A stretch of DNA of 64,000 nucleotides, taken from a virus. The notes under the pieces were generated by a model. That model saw only the letters and a program-made list of their open reading frames with translations, searched no databases and was not told where the DNA came from. The position numbers and the translations under genes are program-made. Each line of letters begins with the position of its first letter. Position 1 is the first letter of the stretch. Location: positions 84,785 through 148,784 of IMG/VR virus record IMGVR_UViG_3300020187_000009; one strand, 5' to 3'. This document shows, in pieces, positions 21,061 through 30,386 of the stretch.

Positions 21061-21848
21061 AGTCATACTTTTATAAAAACCCAAACGATTGTTCAATGAA
21101 TTGGGGAGACATAATAGCTCCCGATATCATATCTCACTTTTCAAAAAGTACTAATATTCAAGAGACTAACGAAAATAATGATTCTCCAAAATTAGTAAGT
21201 GTTGGAAGCGTCATGAACGCTGTAAAACCAAATGACATGGTTTGGGGTACTGGAATCATAACACCAGGTGTAATAGGAAATGCTGGACTAGCGCGAATCT
21301 TTGCAGTTAGAGGACCTAAAACTAGAGATGAACTATTAAAACATAAGATAGAATGTCCAGAAATATATGGAGATCCAGCACTTTTATATCCACAAATTTA
21401 TACTCCAGAAAATATAGAGAAAACACATGAATGGGGAGTAATAGCTCATTATGTTGATAAATATCACCCAGGTGTGATCCAGTTACAAAAGAGAGGATTT
21501 AAAGTTATCAATATATTAGCTGGTAAAAAGCAATTCGTGGATCAATTACACAGAGTAGAAAAGGTTTTAAGTTCAAGTCTACATGGATTAATAGCAGCAG
21601 ACGCATATGGAATTCCTAATGCTAGGATTAGGTTTTCTAATAAAGTAGTAGGTGGAGACTTTAAATTTATGGATTACGCGCTTAGCGTAAATAGAAACGA
21701 TTGGAGAGCTATTGATGGAAATACAGATCAAATACAATATCCGGGTTATAATAGCGTAGAACTTTCTACACAAATTGAATGGGATTCTCAAAAACTATTA
21801 GATGCTGCACCATGGGTCCACAGTGACTATACTGGATTGTTTTATTAA
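21057..21848 (+). CDS. Polysaccharide pyruvyl transferase family protein
   Basis: NWGD, VGS, WGTG, VRGP, GDPAL, SSSLHG, FKF.DY. Confidence 0.85.
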   Translation: MKSYFYKNPNDCSMNWGDIIAPDIISHFSKSTNIQETNENNDSPKLVSVGSVMNAVKPNDMVWGTGIITPGVIGNAGLARIFAVRGPKTRDELLKHKIECPEIYGDPALLYPQIYTPENIEKTHEWGVIAHYVDKYHPGVIQLQKRGFKVINILAGKKQFVDQLHRVEKVLSSSLHGLIAADAYGIPNARIRFSNKVVGGDFKFMDYALSVNRNDWRAIDGNTDQIQYPGYNSVELSTQIEWDSQKLLDAAPWVHSDYTGLFY

Positions 21849-21880
21849 TCAGATAAATAGATTAAAATATAGTTACGAAG

Positions 21881-23962
21881 GTGGCAAGAGCAAATCACAC
21901 AAGACATTTCGGAGACAACTCTGATAAATCTAAAATAATAGAATTACATAAACAGCTTGCAGACAGCAAGTTAGTAGTTGCTACTTTAGGAGAAAGGGTT
22001 GCTGATAGAAATGCTGAAATCAATGATCTGCAAATTAAAATGGCTGCTAATAATGCTGAAATAAAAAAGCTAAGGACCGATCTAGAATCAATAGGTAGTT
22101 ATAAAGATGCCAGGCTTAAAGAACTTGAGCTACAGAAGATAAAGGACGATATTTCCATAAAAAAATTACAGGCTGCGCTCCAAAAGAAAAAGACAGAAAT
22201 CTTGAAAAAACAACAAGATGTAAAAACGACAACTGTAATTGAAAGTACTCTACCCGAAACACCTAAGAAGATAATAGCTAACAAAATAGCTCTATTTACT
22301 TCAATTAATGCAAATTACGTAAAATACGCGGTAACAAGTTATGCATCGTACGAGAAACAAAATCCTGGAAAGTTTGATTTCTTTATTATTACTGCAGATA
22401 GATTAACAGATGCCGAAGATGCACTATGCGAAAGAAGTAATATTACTGTAATTTATCAAGACCTAAGTACTGTATTTAAAATTGGAAAAGATTGGCCCTA
22501 TCCAAGTGAATGTTTTTGGATCTATAAAGGACCAGAGATATTTAATCAACTTGGTTATAAATATTCAATGAGTGTTGATGTTGATACCTATTGCGTACAA
22601 CCATTAAACTTGAAGTGGCTTAACAACATTAAAATGATTGGTGCCGCAGAAAGAAGACAGGGAAGACTCTATCCAAATCAAAAAGTAACGTGCTATGGAT
22701 TTCTAGAGCAGGTTGGTAAGGTTTCGGAAATAGAAAAACACTTCAATAGAAAATACAATCGAGAAATACTAGGAGTAAACAGCGGAGTACTATTCTTTAA
22801 TAACCAATCATGTGTAGATAATAAGTTCTACGAGGGAATGGTATCCCTATTTAATAAGACTAAACAGCTTGGATATCCAAGAAAGGGTGATGATTCTCTA
22901 CTAAGCATGTATTTAATGCTCATGGATCCTGAATTATTAACCCATGTTGGGCCTGAATGGAACTATTATTATCTATATGAAGAGGACGAACAAAATGATA
23001 TTCTTCAAACAATAAACATCGCACATCTGCATCGACACAAACCATGGGATTTCTCCAGAATCGGGCATATTAGAAACCAAAACATTCTCAAAATACTGGA
23101 GAATTGGAAACAACTAACATTAGATATGAAACATAAAGAACCCCAACTAGAACAATCAGTATGGTGGTACAGACCCCAGAAAGGATATAACTTTGGAGAT
23201 GAAATAACTCCATGGCTAGTACAAAAGATCTTTGGAGTACATCTTAAAAAACCATGTAATCTTAGTGATCCAAATGTAGTACTTGGTGTAGGTTCTATTA
23301 TGAGATTAGCCAATCCAAATACAACAGTTTGGGGATCAGGTATCCGTAATATTGATCAAGCTGATTTTGGTCAGGCAAAGGAATGGGTAGCAGTACGTGG
23401 AAGATTCTCCCAGAAACAAATAGAAAACCTGGGATGGAAATGTCCAAAGGTATTCGGTGATCCTGGAATGCTCTTACCCCTATACTATAATCCCAAACCC
23501 CCTAAGAAATATAAGATAGGAATTGTACCCCATCTGGTAGACTGGGAACAAATTAACCGAATGTGGGGCAATCTACCCGATGTAAAGATAATTGACCTTA
23601 ATACAAATGATATCGAGAGTGTAGTAGATCAAATGATGGAGTGCGAACATATAGCATCGACAAGTCTACATGGTATAATTACAGCAGTAGCATATAAACT
23701 ACCAGTAGTATGGCTTAGAGCCTCTGATATGATTAACGGAGACGACATTAAGTTCTACGATTTCTGGTCCTCTATAGACTATACAGTATTTACACGTTGG
23801 AACGATCAACCAAACAGTCATAAACCCCACTTCAACCCAATCCCAATCAATCAAATACAAGATCCACTCCAAATCCAACAACTAACACATCAACACGACC
23901 TACAGCAATTTAATACTAAACGACTCCTAAAAGCAATACCCCTCAAGATTCAAAGGTCGTAG
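21881..23962 (+). CDS. Coiled coil + GT8-like glycosyltransferase + pyruvyl transferase fusion
   Basis: N-terminal coiled coil; DVD, NSGV, H..KPW; NFGD, WGSG, VRG, GDPG, STSLHG. Confidence 0.8.
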   Translation: MARANHTRHFGDNSDKSKIIELHKQLADSKLVVATLGERVADRNAEINDLQIKMAANNAEIKKLRTDLESIGSYKDARLKELELQKIKDDISIKKLQAALQKKKTEILKKQQDVKTTTVIESTLPETPKKIIANKIALFTSINANYVKYAVTSYASYEKQNPGKFDFFIITADRLTDAEDALCERSNITVIYQDLSTVFKIGKDWPYPSECFWIYKGPEIFNQLGYKYSMSVDVDTYCVQPLNLKWLNNIKMIGAAERRQGRLYPNQKVTCYGFLEQVGKVSEIEKHFNRKYNREILGVNSGVLFFNNQSCVDNKFYEGMVSLFNKTKQLGYPRKGDDSLLSMYLMLMDPELLTHVGPEWNYYYLYEEDEQNDILQTINIAHLHRHKPWDFSRIGHIRNQNILKILENWKQLTLDMKHKEPQLEQSVWWYRPQKGYNFGDEITPWLVQKIFGVHLKKPCNLSDPNVVLGVGSIMRLANPNTTVWGSGIRNIDQADFGQAKEWVAVRGRFSQKQIENLGWKCPKVFGDPGMLLPLYYNPKPPKKYKIGIVPHLVDWEQINRMWGNLPDVKIIDLNTNDIESVVDQMMECEHIASTSLHGIITAVAYKLPVVWLRASDMINGDDIKFYDFWSSIDYTVFTRWNDQPNSHKPHFNPIPINQIQDPLQIQQLTHQHDLQQFNTKRLLKAIPLKIQRS

Positions 23963-24497
23963 GGTCCGCTCGTGGAGGGGAATCCCCCACCCAAAACAAC
24001 ATTAATAATAAAGACCAAGATAGAGTTAAAGAAGGAGCTAAACAACTAAGTAACAAGGATAATAGAATAAGAATAGTATATAAGATAGAGCTAACCAAAC
24101 TCCTCCCCATACCCCAATACCCCCTAAAAAGATATACAGGAAGATCCAAGCTCACCCAGTCCACCCCCAATACACGCGCGCGTAGGGGCTGCAACCCCCA
24201 ATGTTCAAAAGTTATCCATTTGAGCGGGTTACCTATTAAACCCCTCCATCCATACGCACACAGAACGCAGACGGGCCGGAGCCTATTGCCCACATGGTTT
24301 GCACCCGTTGCACCGGAATTAATTGGGATCCAAAAGTATCCAATAACCGGAGTTACCCTGCTTACCGATCAAAATATTTCATTATCCGGTGATCCAGTAA
24401 GTAACCCCAACCCCTCACACAGGCCAAAATGGCTTATAGTATACCAATAGGACCACACCAGTGTCAAGGATTGAGCCAAGAGGGTCCAAAACTCTTG

Positions 24498-24583
24498 GTA
24501 CCCTGCTACAGATTTGAAACAATTCAACCTGGCTCACTACTAGGGTGAATACCATTCTTTCGTACCCTGCTACAGATTTGAAA
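24498..24583 (+). repeat. 22-bp direct repeat pair GTACCCTGCTACAGATTTGAAA
   Basis: Exact copies at 24498-24519 and 24562-24583. Confidence 0.9.
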
Positions 24584-24687
24584 TATCCACCTGACTGTGG
24601 TGCATAGAAAAGGGAGGACACCACGACCTCCCAATTCCTTCTATAATTAAAAAGCTGGTTTAAACCTTATCCAGCAGGTTGTAGTTC

Positions 24688-25803
24688 TTATTTGTCTACT
24701 ATAATGGTAGGGGTTTCATTTAGGGCTTCTACTGTTTCTGCTTCTGATTGTAGGTTACCGAATAATCTGTCGAATGCATCTTCCTCAGTCTTTAGCTTTT
24801 CTACCTCTTCTTTAACCATCTCCTCGTTGAGTAGGTCTCTTTTGTATCTTGCCTCATCGTATTGAACTCCATTATCGAAGTTAAAGAATAATTTCTTACC
24901 TACATCTCCTACTCGGTTCTTGCTGAATTCCATGTATCTTTGGCCTGAGTTTTCTGTACCTTTCCAGTCCATCTTCATCATTGCTGTGGTCATGTGCTTT
25001 AGCTTATTACTTCCAACGAATGTACCACCTTTAGATAACTGTAGAATAGTTAGGAACGTAGTGTACTTTTTTAGTTTGTTGTTACCTTTATTCTGTAGGG
25101 TCATTTGAGTTAACCACCACTTTTCAGTTTTACCTCTTGACATACCAGACTGCTCTTTTACGGTATCGTTTACTTCAGTATAGGAGTCAGTTAGTACTAG
25201 GTCCCAACCTTGATTAAGAGTGGCTTCCAAAACTTCTTTAGAGTTATCGTCAGTGTAGTCGCTAAGGAATAAGATAGGTAACTGTCCCCAATGTGGGAAA
25301 CGTTTTAGGTAGCGCGCCATATCCAATTGGTTCATTTCAGCAGAGATAAACAAGACTTTACGTTTTGGATTACTCTTTTGTACGTTGTATATAGCTTCAA
25401 GTAGTACAGTTGTTTTACCGACTCCTGGAGCTCCAGTGATCATGTTGTTAGTTCCTGGTAGGAAACCGCCTTCGTTTGAAAGAAAATTGTCGATTGAGGT
25501 TCCAGTAGACATTGGAATGAATAACTCGTCAGAGAAAGCAAGATCGTCCAGTTTGGTAAGGTTAATCTTAAGGTCTCCTGCCTCTTTTCTCTTTTGTGAG
25601 TTCTCTTGAGCATAGTAACCCTCGTAGTCTTTGCGACCTGACCAGGTTCCACGATCTGAGATTGATAAGAGTTTTCCGTCGTTGAGGTATCTCTCTACTG
25701 CTCCATAGCGATCGTGATTTGTTAGGATTTCGATTACCTCGTTTGTTTCAACACTGTTAAGGTGGATTAAGTCTGGGCGTACTCTTTGAATTTTGTATAT
25801 CAT
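24688..25803 (-). CDS. RadA/Sms-like RecA-fold ATPase
   Basis: GAPGVGKT Walker A, LFISAEM, LTDS, KGGTFVGSNKLKH, KNR. Confidence 0.8.
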   Translation of the reverse strand: MIYKIQRVRPDLIHLNSVETNEVIEILTNHDRYGAVERYLNDGKLLSISDRGTWSGRKDYEGYYAQENSQKRKEAGDLKINLTKLDDLAFSDELFIPMSTGTSIDNFLSNEGGFLPGTNNMITGAPGVGKTTVLLEAIYNVQKSNPKRKVLFISAEMNQLDMARYLKRFPHWGQLPILFLSDYTDDNSKEVLEATLNQGWDLVLTDSYTEVNDTVKEQSGMSRGKTEKWWLTQMTLQNKGNNKLKKYTTFLTILQLSKGGTFVGSNKLKHMTTAMMKMDWKGTENSGQRYMEFSKNRVGDVGKKLFFNFDNGVQYDEARYKRDLLNEEMVKEEVEKLKTEEDAFDRLFGNLQSEAETVEALNETPTIIVDK

Positions 25804-25896
25804 ATGTGGTGTATTAATTAATTATAGTATAAATATAAACATTTTAATTCTATCCTGAAAACTTTTAGTGAAGTATTTTCAAGAAGTTATTAACAA

Positions 25897-26082
25897 TTAA
25901 AAGGCTTTAGTTCCTTTACACTTAAACTTCTCCTCATATACCTTTACGATATCTTTGAATTTTTGATCTACCTCTTGTGGACGGTAAACTTTTGCTTTTA
26001 ATAGATCTCTAGACTTAGCGTCTTTGATCATGATTGTGTCATTTGATTGTTCGATGAGGTACTGTGCTACGATTATTTTCAT
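25897..26082 (-). CDS. Small early protein
   Basis: ORF between two promoter cassettes. Confidence 0.7.
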   Translation of the reverse strand: MKIIVAQYLIEQSNDTIMIKDAKSRDLLKAKVYRPQEVDQKFKDIVKVYEEKFKCKGTKAF

Positions 26083-26177
26083 TTTGTTTTTCTTTTAATT
26101 ATAGTATAAATATAAACAATTTATTTGATATAGGAAACTGTTTGGTGAATTCTTTTTGAAAAGTTATTAACAATTGA

Positions 26178-26465
26178 TTACATTGGGATAATCATAGAGA
26201 TAGGAGCCTGCATGTTACGACCTTTAGAATCTGTTATAACCAGCTTAGTTCTATTGATTTTCTTAATAGTGAACACTGTACTCTTATGTGAAGGGTGATC
26301 AACCATTACTGGCATACCAACTGAAAGAGATTGTTTAATCGATCGGGATTTAATTGATCTAAGATTCTTTGATTCTTGGATTACAAGTTCGTTTAGGTCT
26401 CTTAATTCTTGAGAAGTTAAATCGGTTGTTTTGATGAGGTTCGCAATTTTTGTGTAGTTCGACAT
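26178..26465 (-). CDS. Small early protein (KOW/SH3-like C-terminus)
   Basis: LSVGMPVMV...IKKINRTK pattern; cassette-flanked. Confidence 0.7.
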   Translation of the reverse strand: MSNYTKIANLIKTTDLTSQELRDLNELVIQESKNLRSIKSRSIKQSLSVGMPVMVDHPSHKSTVFTIKKINRTKLVITDSKGRNMQAPISMIIPM

Positions 26466-26564
26466 AGTGTATGTTATTTAGTTATTTAATTATAGTATAA
26501 ATATAATCATTTAAAATGAATCGGGAAAACTTTCGGTGATTTATTTTCAAAAAGTTATTAACAA

Positions 26565-26750
26565 TTAATAACGGTAGGAATGAGCAATTTCTTCTATGTA
26601 CATTAGATCATCGTCTAATTGTTTAGTGCTAGCAACCATTTCCTCGGCGGCTTTATAAGAATAGGCTCCAGTTGCAACTGCTTTCGCAACTTTCCATGCA
26701 TCTTCTCCTGTTAGGTTTTTAGGTTTTTCGAATAATTCTAATTGTGTCAT
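26565..26750 (-). CDS. Small early protein with N-terminal QLELF motif
   Basis: MTQLELF; cassette-flanked. Confidence 0.7.
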   Translation of the reverse strand: MTQLELFEKPKNLTGEDAWKVAKAVATGAYSYKAAEEMVASTKQLDDDLMYIEEIAHSYRY

Positions 26751-26847
26751 GGTGTTTGTTATTTAATTAATTATAGTATAAATATAATCATTTTTATTGA
26801 CATAAAAAAACTTTTGTGCACTTATTTTCAAAAAAGTTATTAACAAT

Positions 26848-26873
26848 AAAAGAGCTACCCGAAGGTAGCTCTT
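26848..26873 (-). terminator. Intrinsic terminator
   Basis: AAGAGCTACC/GGTAGCTCTT hairpin, T run on the minus strand. Confidence 0.7.
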
Positions 26874-26997
26874 AAGAGGGACTTAGAACATGAGACTTAA
26901 GCTTTGTCTAGAATTAAGTGCTGCTCTATTCATACTCCCTAATGATCCTGTGTGTCTGTTATAGTTTATGATAGTTATATTAGTTAATCAATTTCAG

Positions 26998-27069
26998 TGA
27001 CCCCACCAAGATTCGAACTTGGAATATAGGTTTAGAAAACCCAGGTTATATCCCTTTAACTATGGGGCC
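26998..27069 (-). tRNA. tRNA-Arg (anticodon UCU), CCA not encoded
   Basis: Cloverleaf: GGCCCCA/TGGGGTC acceptor, GTTA/TAAC D stem, loop TTTCTAA, CCAAG-TTCGAAT-CTTGG T arm. Confidence 0.92.
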
Positions 27070-27113
27070 ATCAATCTAGTTATGCTACTGGTCCGTCCCT
27101 TAAAATGTTCATT

Positions 27114-27141
27114 AAAAAGGGCCCCAATAAAGGGACCCTTT
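27114..27141 (-). terminator. Intrinsic terminator after the DUF932-like gene
   Basis: AAAGGGTCCC/GGGGCCCTTTTT hairpin on the minus strand. Confidence 0.65.
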
Positions 27142-27159
27142 AGAATTCATAATCAATTG

Positions 27160-28290
27160 TTAGTTAAGTAGAGCTCCTACTTGCGCACTAGCATCTAACT
27201 TCGCAGCGAATGGACTTGGCATTTCGTTTGATAAATTCCAATTGGAACCTAAGATGTTTCCAGCTCTAACCATTAAGTTAGTGTTGTCAGCATCAGTCAT
27301 ATCGAATGCTAGTTCTTCTGCAGCATGTGTACCAACGTGTGTGATACCATTAACAAGAGACCATATTGATTGATTGGAACGTGCTCGTTTCTTTTGATCG
27401 GCTGATAGGTTATTAACATCTGTTCCTAGTTGAGAGTATGCTAATTGGTTTTCAGTTAGTGGAATATATGAATCAGCTCTTTCTCCAACGTGCTTTTTGA
27501 TAATGTTATGACCTCTCTCTAATTCCCATAGAGATGCTGGAGTATCAATAGCTCGTTTAACAGTGTTGGTAAAGTCGGTTGGGACAAAACCATTCTTACG
27601 TAATTCAGACATATGTTGGTAGAAGTTCTCCATAGATTCAGGGGTTAAGTTCTGTAACTTGTAGTTATCTTCAGCAAAGTTGGTGGTTAAACCATTAGAA
27701 CACCATAGTCGATTAACGTAAGGTGAAACCTCGATACCAGTTAGTGGACCGTTTTTCATAGTTAAACCAGCAGTAAATACCTCATCATTAAGTCCAACTT
27801 CGAATTGGGCTTTAGGATTAAAAGCATTTATTGTTACACTTCCATCAGGAGATATTCCCCAATTTGAAATTGAGAAACCATGTTGGTCTACTAATTGATC
27901 AGCGATACCAAGGAATCGGTCATGACTAATCATTTCAGTAGCAGTCTTAGAGAACCCAACAACCTTACGTTGTATTGGAGAAACTATCATCGTTAAATCA
28001 TTCATCTGGGCTGCCATCGCATTTTTCATTTGATTAATGAATTTTGCTTTAGTAGTAGAATCGAATAGTCTTTCGAATTTATTAGCAAATGTCTGAGACA
28101 TTCCAATGATTTGCATTAAGCTCTTAAATGCGACTGAAGTCATCTCTAAACGTTTACCATCAAACTCTAGAGTTTTGTCATCGATGATATTTATTTGTCT
28201 AACTGGAACGGTCTTACGTAAAGCTTGAGCGTTCATTGTTTGTTTTCTGCGATCTGTTAAGACCTGTGCTGATAGTGTTTGTATTGACAT
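27160..28290 (-). CDS. DUF932-like protein
   Basis: RLWCSNG motif and SIWSLVNGITH; GAAAC-N17-TATAA promoter at 28337-28311. Confidence 0.6.
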   Translation of the reverse strand: MSIQTLSAQVLTDRRKQTMNAQALRKTVPVRQINIIDDKTLEFDGKRLEMTSVAFKSLMQIIGMSQTFANKFERLFDSTTKAKFINQMKNAMAAQMNDLTMIVSPIQRKVVGFSKTATEMISHDRFLGIADQLVDQHGFSISNWGISPDGSVTINAFNPKAQFEVGLNDEVFTAGLTMKNGPLTGIEVSPYVNRLWCSNGLTTNFAEDNYKLQNLTPESMENFYQHMSELRKNGFVPTDFTNTVKRAIDTPASLWELERGHNIIKKHVGERADSYIPLTENQLAYSQLGTDVNNLSADQKKRARSNQSIWSLVNGITHVGTHAAEELAFDMTDADNTNLMVRAGNILGSNWNLSNEMPSPFAAKLDASAQVGALLN

Positions 28291-28345
28291 AAATTAAGAT
28301 TTATTTATTATTATATGAGATTAATTGAATTTGTTTCAGTATGTA

Positions 28346-28660
28346 TTAGGCTAATTCAGGATTAAGTTCTGAATTAACCTTTAAGAACTCTTCAGAAGTA
28401 CCTAACTCGGTAGGCTTATTCCATTGGATATCGTGATGTGAATATTCGAAGCGCTCATAATCATTGTTATGCTCTGCGCACATTTTAGAAAATACTGCTT
28501 CCGCGTCTCTACAGTACATTAATATATCAGAATCTAGTTCGATACTGAATAGGTGAGACCCTTTGTTTTTCCAATGTTGTGGACAACTTCCAGTTCCGTC
28601 CCAATCGTGAGCTCCGTAATTTTCTTGGTACTGCGTTGTAATGATGATAGTGTTTTTCAT
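28346..28660 (-). CDS. Hypothetical early protein
   Basis: TQYQENYGAHDWDG..CPQHWK.KG; cassette upstream. Confidence 0.75.
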   Translation of the reverse strand: MKNTIIITTQYQENYGAHDWDGTGSCPQHWKNKGSHLFSIELDSDILMYCRDAEAVFSKMCAEHNNDYERFEYSHHDIQWNKPTELGTSEEFLKVNSELNPELA

Positions 28661-28751
28661 GTGGTATGTTTTTTAATTATAGTATAAATATAAACAATTT
28701 CTTTGATATAGGAAACTGTTTGGTGAATTATTTTCAAAAAGTTATTAACAA

Positions 28752-28916
28752 TTACGAGACAGCCAACTGACGGTTAACGAAATATGTAAGTTTACCTGCA
28801 AAGAAATTGATCCTGTCGATATTAAGATCATCGACAGCATTAGATAACTGTGCTTGATAATATTCAATCTTAGTAGAGTAATCAGGAGTAGAACGGTCGT
28901 AAGTGTAATTTTTCAT
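28752..28916 (-). CDS. Small early protein (54 aa, not in ORF track)
   Basis: MKNYTYDRSTPDY...RQLAVS between two cassettes. Confidence 0.7.
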   Translation of the reverse strand: MKNYTYDRSTPDYSTKIEYYQAQLSNAVDDLNIDRINFFAGKLTYFVNRQLAVS

Positions 28917-29004
28917 GGTGTTATTTAGTTATTTAATTATAGTATAAATATAATCATTTAAAATGAATCGGAAAAACTTTTAGTGATTTATTTTCAAAAA
29001 GTTA

Positions 29005-29241
29005 TTAACAATTTTTACTATCTAATCTAGTTGCAGCTTCGTTAACCAGCATTCCAGCAATAAATGATCCTGATATAATAATAGCCATTATAGGATTCTC
29101 CATAGAGTATAGTAACCCAGTAAAGAACATTTTAATTAGGAACGGTATTGCTATTGCAGCTGTAAATAAGATTGCGATTACAGCTAGCGCGAGTTGGCCA
29201 ACTCGTAATTTAAGGATAGACTTCTTAAGGATAGACTTCAT
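29005..29241 (-). CDS. Small membrane protein
   Basis: Two hydrophobic helices; cassette-flanked. Confidence 0.7.
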   Translation of the reverse strand: MKSILKKSILKLRVGQLALAVIAILFTAAIAIPFLIKMFFTGLLYSMENPIMAIIISGSFIAGMLVNEAATRLDSKNC

Positions 29242-29359
29242 ATTGTATGTTTTTTAATTATAGTTAAATATAATCATTTTAATTCAATCGGAAAAACTTT
29301 TAGTGATTTATTTTCAAAAAGTTATTAACAATCATATTCACCCTCGAAAATAGTGCGTC

Positions 29360-29400
29360 AATACAAATATAAACAAAATCCATGAAACAAAAAAATAAAA
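29360..29400 (-). promoter_or_regulatory. Bacteroidota sigma-A type promoter
   Basis: Minus strand reads TTTG...TATATTTG, matching the -33/-7 consensus. Confidence 0.6.
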
Positions 29401-29586
29401 TGGCAACTATTTTTGTGAAACTTTCACAGGAACGGACCTATAATATAAGCCATAGATAGGCAAGTAGAGAGCCTCCCCCTATATCTATAGACCGAAGCGG
29501 AAAAGTTTTTTAAAAATAAATCACTAAAAGTTTTTTTATGTCATGGATTTTGTTTATATTAGTACTATAATTAAAAAACATACAAT

Positions 29587-29874
29587 ATGAAAAGCGAGAA
29601 ACACTACGAGGCATGGCCACTTGCCGAATCAAAACAATTTATCGAATCCTATTTAAAAGGAGTTACCCGAATAGACCAATCAGTTCTATGTAAGCAGATA
29701 GCGGTAGATCTTGGAAGATCCACAGCAGCTGTTAAGCTCAGGGTATTAGAAGTCAAGAGAATCCTTGATAGGACTAATGAATATCCTATCATAACTCCTA
29801 ATATGGAATTAGCCGTTGATTGGGCAATAAGCGAATTAGGATATTCAAAGAATAGAATTTTAAATTTATGCTAA
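29587..29874 (+). CDS. Hypothetical early protein, HTH-like
   Basis: IAVDLGRSTAAVKLR; cassette at ~29510-29575. Confidence 0.65.
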   Translation: MKSEKHYEAWPLAESKQFIESYLKGVTRIDQSVLCKQIAVDLGRSTAAVKLRVLEVKRILDRTNEYPIITPNMELAVDWAISELGYSKNRILNLC

Positions 29875-29946
29875 AATAAGTGCACAAAAGTTTTTTTATG
29901 TCAAATAAAATGATTATATTTATACTATAATTAAAAAACAAACAAC

Positions 29947-30303
29947 ATGAACATTTCAATTACACTAGCAGAAGAACAGCTAATTAAAGAAGCCCTAACT
30001 GATCTACAGGACGCTCTAGTAGGTCAAGGCGTTAAGCACAATACTATCTCTGATATTCTTAATAAGATTAATAATGCCGGAATAATTAAGTCAGAGCGCA
30101 CACCTAGAGTCTTTGTTAATAAGCAATATATGTTTACATTCGAAGGAGGAGGTTGGAATACTATATGGGCTAAAACCAAAAAGGGAGCTATTAAAGCAGC
30201 TCTAATAGAATATAAAGGGAGTCCTAATTTAAACCCCCGCCTGGACTCATTTCATATAGCAACTGAAAGGGGATTAGAATCAGCAATGTCACTCTTTTAC
30301 TAA
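29947..30303 (+). CDS. Hypothetical early protein
   Basis: Cassette at ~29873-29935. Confidence 0.7.
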   Translation: MNISITLAEEQLIKEALTDLQDALVGQGVKHNTISDILNKINNAGIIKSERTPRVFVNKQYMFTFEGGGWNTIWAKTKKGAIKAALIEYKGSPNLNPRLDSFHIATERGLESAMSLFY

Positions 30304-30386
30304 TGATACTACTAATCAAACTGGCATTTATCGCAGCAGTAGCATTTGTTGTTATAAACAGGATCTTCCACTATTGGGACAAGTAA
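30303..30386 (+). CDS. 27-aa membrane peptide (not in ORF track)
   Basis: TAATG coupling; MILLIKLAFIAAVAFVVINRIFHYWDK; stop abuts the next cassette. Confidence 0.5.
   Translation: MILLIKLAFIAAVAFVVINRIFHYWDK

Larger units (their letters stand above)
25817..29332 (-). repeat. Seven minus-strand copies of the ~80-bp early promoter cassette
   Basis: Copies at about 25817-25897, 26096-26175, 26487-26565, 26768-26847, 28673-28753, 28935-29012, 29254-29332. Confidence 0.9.

Noticed and set aside
23943-24624. Short ORFs in the skewed tracts (also 31528-32758, except 32709-32918)
   Set aside because: Atypical composition, mostly non-ATG starts and no A-rich initiation context; likely spurious.
26883-26990. 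Tiny minus-strand ORF or RNA between the tRNA and the terminator
   Set aside because: It has only about 16 codons and no convincing structure.
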